DNA of 32,000 nucleotides from Alkalicoccus daliensis (GCF_900103955.1 NZ_FNIL01000014.1:1-32000), one strand, 5' to 3'. Shown: positions 9,196-18,679, counted from the stretch's first letter. Numbers and translations: made by a program. Notes: generated by a model from the letters alone, not told the origin.

Positions 9196-9321
9196 TTAAT
9201 CGTCGTATTTATCAATTTCCGTTTGTTCTTCGACAGGATAAACAGTCTGCTGCAGTTCGTTGCAGCCGCTAAGTGCAAGGACTGCAAAAAGGCTGGTAAT
9301 CAGGGGAATAAGTTTTTTCAT
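9196..9321 (-). CDS. Small lipoprotein (41 aa)
   Basis: MKKLIPLITSLFAVLALSGCNELQQ...; lipobox ALSGC; ggaggcactccc RBS upstream of ATG 9321. Confidence 0.65.
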   Translation of the reverse strand: MKKLIPLITSLFAVLALSGCNELQQTVYPVEEQTEIDKYDD

Positions 9322-9450
9322 GGGAGTGCCTCCTTCAAAGTGCGTGTCTTCTCCTAATTCCACGTGGAAAAACTTGTGAAACTTACAATTCTTAAAATAA
9401 GCATTCATGAAAGAAACTGAGTCTTTTATCATGGAACAGGAGGGTGCGGT

Positions 9451-11136
9451 ATGCAGAAACTTATGGAAGCAGTAAGGGCGGGACTGAATCACAATTCGGT
9501 AGAGATTCCACAGACAGATTATTCGCGTACATATTTCGACAAAGAGGAACAGGCGACTGTTTTTCTTTCTTTTTCAGAAAACGGTGCAAGAGCACGGGTG
9601 CTGCAGGGAAGAGGAGGCAGCCTCGAAGCAGCAGTGCAAGATGCAGTAAAAAAAGGAGAGGGCGTTACGGCAGATGCGGTAAAGCTGGACATTCTGACCG
9701 GGATACAGCCGGTAAATAAAGATACAAGCTGGATCAATATAAATAGACATGCACTTACTTATAAGCGCAGGGAAGACGGGCTCATGTTCGGTGACAGAAT
9801 CAGTCCGCTTATGTTTCTGCCGGAAGAAGTGGAAGCTTACGGGATGATCCGTGGCGGGAAGCTGCAGCAGGAGCATATTTTCCGTGCCTTTGATAAACAT
9901 CAGCTGCTTACGGAAGATCGTCTTTCCAAAGAAATCATTACTGAAGAATGGCACGACGTTTATAAATTCCGCACGCATTCTTTTTACATAGATGACGACG
10001 GTTACCGGGAGCTTTTCCGGGGACACCGTGTGTTCAATGAACTTCAGGCCGGAGATTTAAAAGAAGCTGTGAAGCTTTCGAGGGACAATTATTTTACGCA
10101 GGCAGTAAATGCCCAGGGGAAGTTCGTGTATTCCTTTCAGCCGCAGGATAACCAGGTTCCGAAAGGCTACAACATTCTCCGTCATGCAGGAACAGCCTAT
10201 TCCATGCTTGAAATACAGGAATTTTTTCCGGAAGAACAGCTGCAGCGCACGATTGAAAAAACGATCCGTTACCTGCTGAAGAAAGTGAAGCGGATAGAAG
10301 TGAACGGTACCGATGCGCAGGTTATCGTGGAAAACGATAATATTAAGCTCGGCGGCAACGGTCTGGGAATTATTGCGCTCGCGCAGTATACGAAGGTGAC
10401 AGGAGACAGACAGTATATTCCTCTTATGCGGGATATGGCGAAATGGATGCTCACGATTCAAGATGAGACGGGAAAGTTTTCCGTGCACAAACAGATTTAC
10501 TCCTCCAAGGAACATACGGATTTTGTTTCTCATTATTATTCAGGAGAAGCAATTCTTTCGCTTGTACGTCTTTATCAGGTAGATCCGGATGAAGCATGGC
10601 TCGACGCGGCAGAAGGAGAAGCAAATTATTTAATTCATCGCCGGGACAGCAAGGAGACGAAAAAAACAATTACACACGATCACTGGCTTCTTTACGCCTT
10701 AAATGAACTGCATCAGGAACGGCCGAAAGAAGATTACGCCGCGCATTCTTATTTTATTGCAGAAGCTATTATGGACACCCAGCGGCTGGATCAGCATGAA
10801 GTCGACAGAGAATGGGTGGGGTCCTATGAAATGAAAGGCATTCCCCGTTCGACACCGACTGCCTGCCGCACGGAAGGATTGGGCGCTGTCTACCGGCTGG
10901 CGCAGCGCCAGGAGAAAAAAGACATGGCAGAGAGATGCAGACATGCGATGGCAGAGGCTGTGAAATTCCAGCTGCAGATGCAGTTTCAGCCGGAAAGTGT
11001 ATTATATCTGGACCATAAAAAACTGTGCCTCGGTGCACTGCATGAAAGCTTAACAAGCTATGAAATCCGTAATGATTACACGCAGCACAACATTTCCAGT
11101 TTTTTATCACTTTATAAGATTCTGCTCGAAAAATAA
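9451..11136 (+). CDS. Large conserved-looking hypothetical protein, possible six-hairpin (alpha/alpha toroid) glycosidase-like fold in C-terminal two thirds
   Basis: 561-aa ORF, caggaggg RBS; repeated helical hairpin-like segments (GGNGLGIIALAQYTKVTGDRQYIPLMRDMAKWMLTIQ; HYYSGEAILSLVRLYQVDPDEAWLDAAEGEANYLI; TEGLGAVYRLA). Confidence 0.5.
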   Translation: MQKLMEAVRAGLNHNSVEIPQTDYSRTYFDKEEQATVFLSFSENGARARVLQGRGGSLEAAVQDAVKKGEGVTADAVKLDILTGIQPVNKDTSWININRHALTYKRREDGLMFGDRISPLMFLPEEVEAYGMIRGGKLQQEHIFRAFDKHQLLTEDRLSKEIITEEWHDVYKFRTHSFYIDDDGYRELFRGHRVFNELQAGDLKEAVKLSRDNYFTQAVNAQGKFVYSFQPQDNQVPKGYNILRHAGTAYSMLEIQEFFPEEQLQRTIEKTIRYLLKKVKRIEVNGTDAQVIVENDNIKLGGNGLGIIALAQYTKVTGDRQYIPLMRDMAKWMLTIQDETGKFSVHKQIYSSKEHTDFVSHYYSGEAILSLVRLYQVDPDEAWLDAAEGEANYLIHRRDSKETKKTITHDHWLLYALNELHQERPKEDYAAHSYFIAEAIMDTQRLDQHEVDREWVGSYEMKGIPRSTPTACRTEGLGAVYRLAQRQEKKDMAERCRHAMAEAVKFQLQMQFQPESVLYLDHKKLCLGALHESLTSYEIRNDYTQHNISSFLSLYKILLEK

Positions 11137-11174
11137 ATTTTTGCGCGCTACTTTATATAAAGCAGGTGAGGATG

Positions 11175-12188
11175 ATGAAGAAAAAAGTGAGGCTCGCACT
11201 GCTGGGCGGCTGGCATGTGCATACGGAAGGATTTATTGAAAAACTGGACGCTTTTTCCAAGGATAAAGTGGAATGGAAAGCAGTCTGGGATCACGATCAG
11301 GCAAGGGGAGAGAGGTTTGCAGAAAAACTCCAGGTTCCTTTTGTTCCAAAACTGGAAGACATCCTGGAAGATACATCGGTGGATGCAGTAATGATAGAAG
11401 CAGAAACGAACCTTCACCACGAATTAATTACGATGGCAGCGCGTGCAGGCAAACATATATTTACAGATAAACTTCTCGCACCGACGATGGAAGAAGCGGA
11501 AGATATTCGCTGGACAGTGAGGAAGGAAGGGGTTAAATTCGTGATCTCCCACGAGTCCCTTACTATCCGCGCGTATCAGTATGCAAAGGAAGAAGTGGAG
11601 AAGGGGAACCTCGGCGAACTTGTATCCATCTACTTCCGCCGGTCCCACGGCCTTGCGAAAACGGATGTTCTTCCTGCCAGCTGGTACGAACCCGAAACTG
11701 CGGGAGGCGGAGCGCTGATGGATCTCGGTGTACATGGGCTGTCTCTACTTGCCTATATCGGCAGTGCACCGGAAACTATCAGTGCTGTTACAAGGTACAT
11801 CTCTGGAAAGCAAGTGGAAGACAGTGCCAGCATCCAGGTCACATTCCAAGATAAGCAGACGATAGGACAGGCGCATACGAATTTAGTAACAGCACCGCTT
11901 GATAATCTGTTGGAAATCACGGGCACTGAAGGCAGCCTGCTGATCTATGGGGAAAAGGAGCCGCTCATCTATCAATCTTCCGGGCAGGACAAACCGTCCC
12001 GGGTAGATGTGCAAGAGACAGGCGAGGTCCCTGTAAATAAGTTCATTGATTTGGTGCTGGGAGAAGAAAATCAAACCGAGCTGACAGGGAGCGGACTGGA
12101 ACTGGACACTGCAGTGACCATTGTGCAAATGGCAGAAGGAGCCTATAAGAGTGTGAAGCAGCAAGGGAAGCCGGTTGTATTAAAATAG
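11175..12188 (+). CDS. Gfo/Idh/MocA family oxidoreductase
   Basis: Rossmann N-terminus KVRLALLGGWHVHTEGFIEKL, ILEDTSVDAVMIEAETNLHHELITMAARAGKHIFTDKLLAPTMEEA, C-terminal GGGALMDLGVHGLSLLAYI; start could be 11166, 11172 or 11175. Confidence 0.8.
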   Translation: MKKKVRLALLGGWHVHTEGFIEKLDAFSKDKVEWKAVWDHDQARGERFAEKLQVPFVPKLEDILEDTSVDAVMIEAETNLHHELITMAARAGKHIFTDKLLAPTMEEAEDIRWTVRKEGVKFVISHESLTIRAYQYAKEEVEKGNLGELVSIYFRRSHGLAKTDVLPASWYEPETAGGGALMDLGVHGLSLLAYIGSAPETISAVTRYISGKQVEDSASIQVTFQDKQTIGQAHTNLVTAPLDNLLEITGTEGSLLIYGEKEPLIYQSSGQDKPSRVDVQETGEVPVNKFIDLVLGEENQTELTGSGLELDTAVTIVQMAEGAYKSVKQQGKPVVLK

Positions 12189-12244
12189 AGGCTGGAGGCA
12201 GACTCTATGCTTGCGCAGCCGGGACAGTGCGGGGGATTTGAAAA

Positions 12245-12410
12245 AATGAATTCCACCGCTGGAAAAATGAATTCCTTCAAAATTCCCTTCTTAAAAATGA
12301 GTAACCCCCACTTACGCGTGAGTAAATGGTCTGCGCGAGAGTTAACCCCGAAGAAAAATGAGTAAACCTCTATTACGTATGAGAAAATGGTCTCTAAAAA
12401 AGAGTAAAAG
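12245..12410. repeat. Degenerate 21-nt periodic GAGTAA(A) array
   Basis: GAGTAA/GAGTTAA/GAGAAA cores begin at 12299, 12320, 12339, 12360, 12381, 12402; upstream atgaattcc copies 21 nt apart (12247, 12268). Confidence 0.75.
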
Positions 12411-12469
12411 CCATTTTTTTCCCGCACGGCCCGTCTGTGCCGCAGTTTCACTCTGTGAAATAAATATAT

Positions 12470-12502
12470 AAAGCCGCACGCCTGAAATCGGCGTGCGGCT
12501 TT
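12470..12502. terminator. Intrinsic terminator downstream of clpE
   Basis: aaagccgcacgcc-tgaaatc-ggcgtgcggcttt. Confidence 0.85.
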
Positions 12503-12512
12503 AGAAAACAGC

Positions 12513-14633
12513 TTAAGACCGCTGTTTTAATTGAATTTCCTCTTTTTCCACAACTACTTCCACTTCACCGAGCACTTCCTGATCCAGGATCAGCTCGGTA
12601 ATTTTATCTTCCAGTTCATGCTGAATCGCGCGGCGGAGCGGCCGTGCTCCGAACTCTTTATGGTAGCCGAGTTCTGCAATCTTTTCTTTTGCTTCTTCAG
12701 AAATATGAATCGTAATTTCCTGCTCCGTCAGTGTTTCCTGAAGTTCTTCAAGCATGAGATCCACAATTTTCACAAGATGTGTTTTGTCGAGGTGGTTGAA
12801 TTCAATAATCGCATCAAATCGGTTAAGAAATTCCGGCTTAAAATAGCTCGACAGATTTTCAAGCATGGATTCTTCCTTTAATGACTCGCTCTCGCTGAAT
12901 CCGATGGAGCGTTGTTTTGCAGCACCGCTGCCAGCGTTGCTTGTCATAATAATCACTGTATCTTTAAAGCTTACAGTGCGTCCCTGGCTGTCTGTTAAGC
13001 GGCCGTCCTCCATAATCTGCAGGAACATATGCTGCACATCAGGATGTGCTTTTTCAATTTCATCGAGCAGAATAATGGAGTATGGGTTCCGGCGCACTTT
13101 TTCGGTCAGCTGGCCGGCTTCTTCATGCCCGACATACCCTGGAGGGGAACCGATCAGCTTGGATACCGCGTGCTTTTCCATATATTCACTCATGTCGAGC
13201 CGGTGCATCGCCTCGCTCGAGCCGAACATTTCTTTTGCCAGTGTTTTACTAAGCTCTGTTTTTCCGACACCGGTAGGCCCGACAAACAGGAAGGAACCAA
13301 TCGGACGGTGCTTTGGCTTCAGCCCGGCGCGGGAGCGGCGGACCGCTTTTGCTACCTTCTGCACCGCTTCTTCCTGGCCGATTACACTGCCGGAAATATG
13401 CTCTGCGAGACGCTTCATTTTCGAAGCTTCGTTGTCCTGCAGCTTGCCGACAGGGATTCCCGTCATTTTCTCGACAATTTTTTGGATATTCTCTGCTTCA
13501 ATCGTTTTCTTTTCTGCAGAGTGTTCCTGCTCCAGTTTTTTCTCCAGCGCTTCTTCTTCGTCACGAAGCTTTGCAGCTGTTTCATAATCTTCTTTTTGGA
13601 GCACTTCTTCTTTCTGTTTTGCGATACGCGCAAGTCTTTCTTCTACTTCTTTATGGGAAGTATCTCCGGACTCCAGGTTCATTTTTGCCCCTGCTTCATC
13701 CATCAGGTCGATTGCTTTATCCGGAAGAAAACGATCCTGGATGTAACGGTGGGAAAGTGTAACGCAGGCCTGCAGCGCTTCTTCACTGTAAGTTACTTCA
13801 TGATAATCTTCATACTTACTCTGCAGTCCTTTTAAAATTTCCATTGCTTCTTCCAAGGCAGGTTCATTGACCATTACCGGCTGAAAACGGCGCTCCAGCG
13901 CACCATCTTTTTCAATATTACGGTATTCTTTCAGCGTGGTCGCACCGATGACCTGCAGCTCTCCTCTTGCAAGCGCCGGTTTAAGAATGTTTCCGGCATC
14001 CATGGAACCTTCTGTTTTTCCTGCGCCTACAATCTGATGGATTTCATCAATAAACAGCAGCACATTTTTGCGTTCTTTCAATTCCGCAGTAAGCTGTTTT
14101 AATTTTTCTTCAAATTGTCCCCGCACCCCAGTATTTGCTACGAGAGATGCTACATCAAGAAGATAGATTTCTTTATTCAGCAGTTTTGAAGGAACGTCTC
14201 CTTTACTGATTTTTAAAGCGAGTCCTTCTGCGATTGCAGTTTTTCCCACGCCGGGTTCCCCGATCAGCACCGGGTTATTTTTAGTGCGGCGGTTTAAAAT
14301 TTCTGTAACTCTTTTCACTTCCTGATCGCGTCCGATCACAGGATCAATTAACCCGGCGTTTGCAGCGTTAGAAAGGTTGCTGGCAAGTTCATCAAGCAGG
14401 CTTTGACTTTTCTGAGACTGGCCGGGCTGTGCAGCTTCACTGTCTGAAGATCCGCCGAATTGGTTCATCATATTTTCTTTAAAGACACCAGCTGGATTTC
14501 CTGCATGATTTTTTGCAGCAGACTGGAGCTCTTCAAAACAGCTCTTACAAAGTTTTACGTGCTGCGCTTGTTGATTATATTGTAAACGTACATTGATCGA
14601 TGCTTCTCTAATATTACAATTTTGACATTTCAT
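12513..14633 (-). CDS. clpE: ATP-dependent Clp protease ATP-binding subunit ClpE
   Basis: N-terminal zinc finger (CQNC...CKSC), two AAA+ modules ([13 protein letters not shown]; [17 protein letters not shown]), UVR-like [20 protein letters not shown]. Confidence 0.93.
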   Translation of the reverse strand: MKCQNCNIREASINVRLQYNQQAQHVKLCKSCFEELQSAAKNHAGNPAGVFKENMMNQFGGSSDSEAAQPGQSQKSQSLLDELASNLSNAANAGLIDPVIGRDQEVKRVTEILNRRTKNNPVLIGEPGVGKTAIAEGLALKISKGDVPSKLLNKEIYLLDVASLVANTGVRGQFEEKLKQLTAELKERKNVLLFIDEIHQIVGAGKTEGSMDAGNILKPALARGELQVIGATTLKEYRNIEKDGALERRFQPVMVNEPALEEAMEILKGLQSKYEDYHEVTYSEEALQACVTLSHRYIQDRFLPDKAIDLMDEAGAKMNLESGDTSHKEVEERLARIAKQKEEVLQKEDYETAAKLRDEEEALEKKLEQEHSAEKKTIEAENIQKIVEKMTGIPVGKLQDNEASKMKRLAEHISGSVIGQEEAVQKVAKAVRRSRAGLKPKHRPIGSFLFVGPTGVGKTELSKTLAKEMFGSSEAMHRLDMSEYMEKHAVSKLIGSPPGYVGHEEAGQLTEKVRRNPYSIILLDEIEKAHPDVQHMFLQIMEDGRLTDSQGRTVSFKDTVIIMTSNAGSGAAKQRSIGFSESESLKEESMLENLSSYFKPEFLNRFDAIIEFNHLDKTHLVKIVDLMLEELQETLTEQEITIHISEEAKEKIAELGYHKEFGARPLRRAIQHELEDKITELILDQEVLGEVEVVVEKEEIQLKQRS

Positions 14634-14674
14634 ATAAAATAACCTCCTAAGGAAATAAAGTTAGAAAGCGGATA

Positions 14675-14717
14675 TTTGACTATCTTTGACTATAGTATAG
14701 TTTGACCTTTACTGACT
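14675..14717 (-). promoter_or_regulatory. Two CtsR operator repeats upstream of clpE
   Basis: Minus strand AGTCAAAgatAGTCAAA (14675-14691, full match to RGTCAAANANRGTCAAA) and AGTCAGTaaaGGTCAAA (14701-14717, one degenerate half). Confidence 0.85.
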
Positions 14718-14762
14718 TTCAAGAATTATGCTCACAGGTTTAATGTATACGGCTGCAATTAA

Positions 14763-14802
14763 AAAAAGATGTCTCCGCCTCCGTGGCAGAAAACATCTTT
14801 TT
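14763..14802 (-). terminator. Probable intrinsic terminator
   Basis: aaaaaagatgt...acatctttttt flanking the 3' end of the 14810-15013 gene. Confidence 0.6.
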
Positions 14803-14809
14803 TAAGCAG

Positions 14810-15013
14810 TTACGTGTTGTTACTTTCGTTACTCGTACCTTCTTCATTTCCGGTGTCATGTTCCATTTCGTTTCCGGTATCAGTACTGTTGATTCCGTTG
14901 TTTTCATTGAATCCATTTTCCGGAGCGTTGTTATTATCTGTTCCGCCGCAGCCTGCGAGCAGTGCTCCCGCAAGAAAAGTTGCTGCAGCAGTTAATTGAA
15001 GTGATTTTTTCAT
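14810..15013 (-). CDS. Small Asn-rich lipoprotein (67 aa), paralog 1
   Basis: MKKSLQLTAAATFLAGALLAGCGG...; lipobox LLAGC; aggagg RBS; same N-terminus as the two neighbours. Confidence 0.75.
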   Translation of the reverse strand: MKKSLQLTAAATFLAGALLAGCGGTDNNNAPENGFNENNGINSTDTGNEMEHDTGNEEGTSNESNNT

Positions 15014-15273
15014 TTTGGTATTCCTCCTATTATCCTTCGTTTATCTTCTCATTCACGGTTACAAAAAAATTGAAACATATTTTCCAGGATTCATATAATT
15101 TCACACACGAAAACCAATGTTACCATGATGCTTCAGACGAAAAAGTATGAAGCATAGAGGAATTTCTATTACTGCTTCACTCCCGGCAAAGTCTTTCTCG
15201 AAGGTATGCTCTCTATTAATTTAATCAAAGCGGTGCACGGCTTCCATCAATCTGCAGGAGCAAACATAAACAA

Positions 15274-15299
15274 GGAATTCTCTTTCGAAAGAGAATTCC
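15274..15299. repeat. Perfect 26-bp palindrome
   Basis: GGAATTCTCTTTC|GAAAGAGAATTCC, 11 nt past the stop of the 15311-15514 gene. Confidence 0.95.
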
Positions 15300-15310
15300 C
15301 AGAAACCAGC

Positions 15311-15514
15311 TTACATATTGTTCTCGTTCTCTCCGACAGGTTCACCATTATCATCCAGCATCGTATTGCCGTCTGCATCGTTATCAATCAATTGTTCTTC
15401 TTCATTCACTTCATTGTTATCATCAATACCTTCATTTGCATTATTACCGCAGCCGGCAAGAATACCAGCAGATAACAAAGTGAATACTGCAGAAATTTGT
15501 AAAGACTTTTTCAT
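15311..15514 (-). CDS. Small Asn/Glu/Asp-rich lipoprotein (67 aa), paralog 2
   Basis: MKKSLQISAVFTLLSAGILAGCGNN...; lipobox ILAGC; ggagg RBS. Confidence 0.75.
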   Translation of the reverse strand: MKKSLQISAVFTLLSAGILAGCGNNANEGIDDNNEVNEEEQLIDNDADGNTMLDDNGEPVGENENNM

Positions 15515-15608
15515 TTATAATTTCCTCCTTCAAAAATACTCTTCTTATAAAAAGACTATTACACGATTCTTGCTTTTTAAAACGTTGTTTTCCAGGAGAA
15601 ATAATATA

Positions 15609-15640
15609 AAAAGGCTCCCGGAAGTCCGGGAGCCCGCTTT
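15609..15640 (-). terminator. Intrinsic terminator
   Basis: aaaaggctcccgg-aagt-ccgggagcc, U-tract on the minus strand. Confidence 0.8.
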
Positions 15641-15645
15641 AAAAA

Positions 15646-16032
15646 TTAAAGGTCGTCGTCATCGTCGTCATCGTTCATCATGCCATCATCATCGTCTTCG
15701 TCATCGTTCATCATGCCATCATCATCGTCGTCGTCATCGTCATTCATCATTGCGTCATCATCATCATCGTCGTCGTTCATCATAGCATCGTCATCGTCGT
15801 CATCGTCATTCATCATTGCGTCATCATCATCGTCATCGTCGTTCATCATTGCGTCATCGTCATCATCGTCATCGTCATCGTTCATCATACCGTTATCTTC
15901 AGTATTGTTTACTGTGTTATCCGTTCCGGTATTCGTATTATTTACATCGTTATCTGCATCGTTACCGCAGCCTGCAAGCACCCCTGCTGCGAGTAGTCCT
16001 GAGATTGCTGAAATTTGTAATGATTTTTTCAT
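15646..16032 (-). CDS. Small lipoprotein (128 aa) with Met-Met-Asn/poly-Asp tandem repeats, paralog 3
   Basis: MKKSLQISAISGLLAAGVLAGCGNDADND...(A/G)MMN(D)n repeated; lipobox VLAGC; aaggagg RBS. Confidence 0.75.
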   Translation of the reverse strand: MKKSLQISAISGLLAAGVLAGCGNDADNDVNNTNTGTDNTVNNTEDNGMMNDDDDDDDDDAMMNDDDDDDDAMMNDDDDDDDAMMNDDDDDDDAMMNDDDDDDDDGMMNDDEDDDDGMMNDDDDDDDL

Positions 16033-16397
16033 TGTAATAATTCCTCCTTAATAATTGCTTTCATGTCTCTACTCCCTCTCATTACACTTAGCCGTAATGT
16101 TAAAACATTCTACACGACTTTTTGACACTTTTTCATATTGTGCACCTATTTCATAATGGATGCATAACAAATGTCTACATATTAATAGCAAAATTAAACG
16201 ACGAAAGATTATCTTTTGAAAGAATTAAAATAAGAAAAAATGTGTATTTACAAAAGCAGCTAATTCCTCCATAAACCAATTTGTAATAAACTATTAATTA
16301 GGAAAATAGAAAACACTCCCCTTAAAGCGCTTGTTCGTAGTATGATAAAGAGATACTAATGAACCGGAGTACGGTTGGAAAATGAGGGAAATAAATA

Positions 16398-17831
16398 ATG
16401 AAGAACGGATTTACGCAGTTTGGATTAAGTGAAGAAATCGTGGAGGCGCTTGACGGTTTGAAATATAAAGAACCTACAGAAGTGCAGGAACGTGTGATTC
16501 CTGAAGCGATGCAGCGAAAAGATGTAGTGGTGAAGGCACAGACAGGAAGCGGAAAAACTGCTGCATTTGCAGCTCCGATATGTGAACAGATAGTATGGGA
16601 AGAAAATAAGCCGCAGGCATTAATTTTAACCCCGACAAGGGAGCTTGCGATGCAGGTAAGGGAAGAAATTCAAAATATCGGCCGTTTTAAAAGAATTAAA
16701 GCCTCCCTGCTTGTAGGGCAGCAGCCTGCAGCGCCGCAGCGGGTGGAGCTGAAGCAGAAGGTACATGTAGTAGTCGGAACGCCAGGGCGGGTCCTTGATC
16801 ATTTGAAAAAAGGAACGCTTGCGCTGGATAAGGTGAAGCATCTGGTACTGGATGAAGCAGATGAAATGCTGAACATGGGATTTATTGATCAGGTGGAGGA
16901 AATTATCGGAGAAGTTCCGGAAGCACGGACGACTTCTTTATTTTCTGCAACGCTTCCGAGAAAGGTAAGAGACCTTGCTGACTTTTATATGCGTTCTCCT
17001 GAAACAATTGAAGTAAAAACAGCTGCACAGAAGCCGGACATTTCTTTCCGCTGGATTCAGGCAGATGAGGAAGAGAAGTTTAAAGTATTAACACAGCTTT
17101 TAGCCGTGGAACGACCGGAATCGGCAATTCTTTTCTGTGCGAGAAAAGAAACAGTGGACGATGTGGAACGCCGGTTAACGGATGAAGGGATTTCTGCAGC
17201 AAAGATTCACGGGGGACTGGAACAGAAAGACAGAACGCGTGTGATGCAGGAATTTAAGCGGGGGACTGTGCGATATCTCGTAGCGACTGATGTAGCAGCA
17301 CGAGGGATCGATGTTTCCGAGATGCCGCTCGTCGTCAATTACGATGTACCGGAAGAAGCAGATAAGTTTGTACACCGTACCGGAAGAACGGCGCGGGCAG
17401 GAAAAAGCGGGGAGGCTATTACGATAGCTGCACCGAGAGAAAAAAGATTTGTGGCGGAAATTGAACGCTATACAAATGAAACTGTAAACTGGGAAGAAGC
17501 ACCGCTTGTTACGACAGCAGATCAGCGTGCTTTTGATCAATTAATGGAAACAGTGCCGCAGATGAAAAAAAATAAAAGTGCGCCGCTCGAAAAAAATATT
17601 ACCAAGCTGTATTTCAATGGCGGCAAGAAAAAGAAGTTAAGAGCTGTGGATTTTGTAGGAACCATTACGAATATTCCTGAGGTAACAGCGGATGATATCG
17701 GTGTTATTTCTATCGAACAGCTGGCAACCTATGTGGATATTCTCAATGGAAAAGGATCGGTAGTTCTGCAGGAAATGCAGGAGCGAACGGTCAAAGGCAA
17801 GCGGTTAAAAGTAAGGGAAGCAAGAAATTAA
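16398..17831 (+). CDS. dbpA: DEAD-box ATP-dependent RNA helicase, DbpA/YxiN type
   Basis: AQTGSGKTAAF, PTRELA, DEAD, SAT, RGIDV, HRTGRTARAG motifs; C-terminal DbpA-type RNA-binding region (ITKLYFNGGKKKKLRAVDFVGTI). Confidence 0.85.
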   Translation: MKNGFTQFGLSEEIVEALDGLKYKEPTEVQERVIPEAMQRKDVVVKAQTGSGKTAAFAAPICEQIVWEENKPQALILTPTRELAMQVREEIQNIGRFKRIKASLLVGQQPAAPQRVELKQKVHVVVGTPGRVLDHLKKGTLALDKVKHLVLDEADEMLNMGFIDQVEEIIGEVPEARTTSLFSATLPRKVRDLADFYMRSPETIEVKTAAQKPDISFRWIQADEEEKFKVLTQLLAVERPESAILFCARKETVDDVERRLTDEGISAAKIHGGLEQKDRTRVMQEFKRGTVRYLVATDVAARGIDVSEMPLVVNYDVPEEADKFVHRTGRTARAGKSGEAITIAAPREKRFVAEIERYTNETVNWEEAPLVTTADQRAFDQLMETVPQMKKNKSAPLEKNITKLYFNGGKKKKLRAVDFVGTITNIPEVTADDIGVISIEQLATYVDILNGKGSVVLQEMQERTVKGKRLKVREARN

Positions 17832-17843
17832 AGCATCAGTGGA

Positions 17844-17882
17844 AAGAACCTCTGCTCTTATTTGAGAGAGGTTCTTTTTTTA
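17844..17882 (+). terminator. Intrinsic terminator after helicase gene
   Basis: agaacctct-gctcttatttgag-agaggttctttttt. Confidence 0.8.
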
Positions 17883-17896
17883 TAAGGTCGGGATTT

Positions 17897-18526
17897 TCAG
17901 CCGGAATCAGCTTCTTTTTTCATCTGCTGAAAAGCAACTACATTTGTTCCTTCCTGAATAAGCGCTTCTTGTTCCCGGTGGATTTTCCAATCAACAAATT
18001 TCAAGCTGCCTGCAAGAAGCTTTGCAATATTCATCACCGTATAAAGGCGGGTACTCTGCAGTACTGAGAGTTCCATAAAACCGGACACGTTAACAATGCC
18101 GGTTAAATAAATATCTCCTACAGGCGGCAGATCTCTTCCGAGTGCTGATCCTGGAAGCAGCGGTCCATCTCCAAGGACGATGGTTCCTACATTCTGATAA
18201 CTTCCGAGACAGGCATCGACCGCAATAACGAACGGGTCCTGGTGGTCTTCCTGGACCGTTTGTAAAACTTCCTGCAGATTTTTTGCATGCACAGGGGCTT
18301 CGAGTGTGCCGTACACATGAAAATGGGAGAGGCGGCGCTCTTTTAGGAAAGTGCCGGTCAGCGGGCCAAGTGAATCACCGGTGGACCGGTCCGTGCCGAT
18401 ACAAATAAGTACAAGAGGCCGTGAATCAGCCGGTATTTTACTTCGAAGCTGCTCAGACAGTTGTCGCATCGTATGAGGAGCATCCCAGAGAAAGCGAGTC
18501 TGCTCCACATAAAGTTTTTCCCTCAT
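17897..18526 (-). CDS. yyaC: YyaC family spore-associated protein (GPR/HybD-like fold)
   Basis: VLICIGTDRSTGDSLGPLTGTFL, YGTLEAPVHAKNL, FVIAVDACLG...PPVGDIYLTGIVNVSGFMELSVLQSTRL. Confidence 0.85.
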   Translation of the reverse strand: MREKLYVEQTRFLWDAPHTMRQLSEQLRSKIPADSRPLVLICIGTDRSTGDSLGPLTGTFLKERRLSHFHVYGTLEAPVHAKNLQEVLQTVQEDHQDPFVIAVDACLGSYQNVGTIVLGDGPLLPGSALGRDLPPVGDIYLTGIVNVSGFMELSVLQSTRLYTVMNIAKLLAGSLKFVDWKIHREQEALIQEGTNVVAFQQMKKEADSG

Positions 18527-18679
18527 ACATAAAACCCTCCGTTCGTTATAAAGAATAATTGTATGTTCATTATAACGTACACAACTTATAAATCAAGACC
18601 TTTACTGAAAAATATATTTTTGTATTTTTAAAAAAAGAGCAGGTGGTATAGTATAATAGTTTCAGCGGTATTCCGCCGC

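Noticed and set aside
9574-10533. Minus-strand ORFs of 150 and 158 aa inside 9451-11136
   Set aside because: Antisense to a 561-aa ORF with good RBS and coherent composition.
13029-13835. 268-aa ORF antisense to clpE (and 12865..13587, 13313..13762)
   Set aside because: Lies opposite highly conserved ClpE coding sequence; no family motif or plausible independent RBS.
14763-14802. Riboswitch or attenuator near the clpE/lipoprotein intergenic region
   Set aside because: Simple stem with U-tract fits a terminator for the minus-strand lipoprotein gene; no recognisable aptamer.
15318-15785. Ser/His-rich ORFs antisense to the lipoprotein array (15318..15785, 15680..16051, 15816..16037)
   Set aside because: Poly-Ser/His arises from reverse-strand reading of Asp codon repeats; the minus-strand genes have signal peptides and RBSs.
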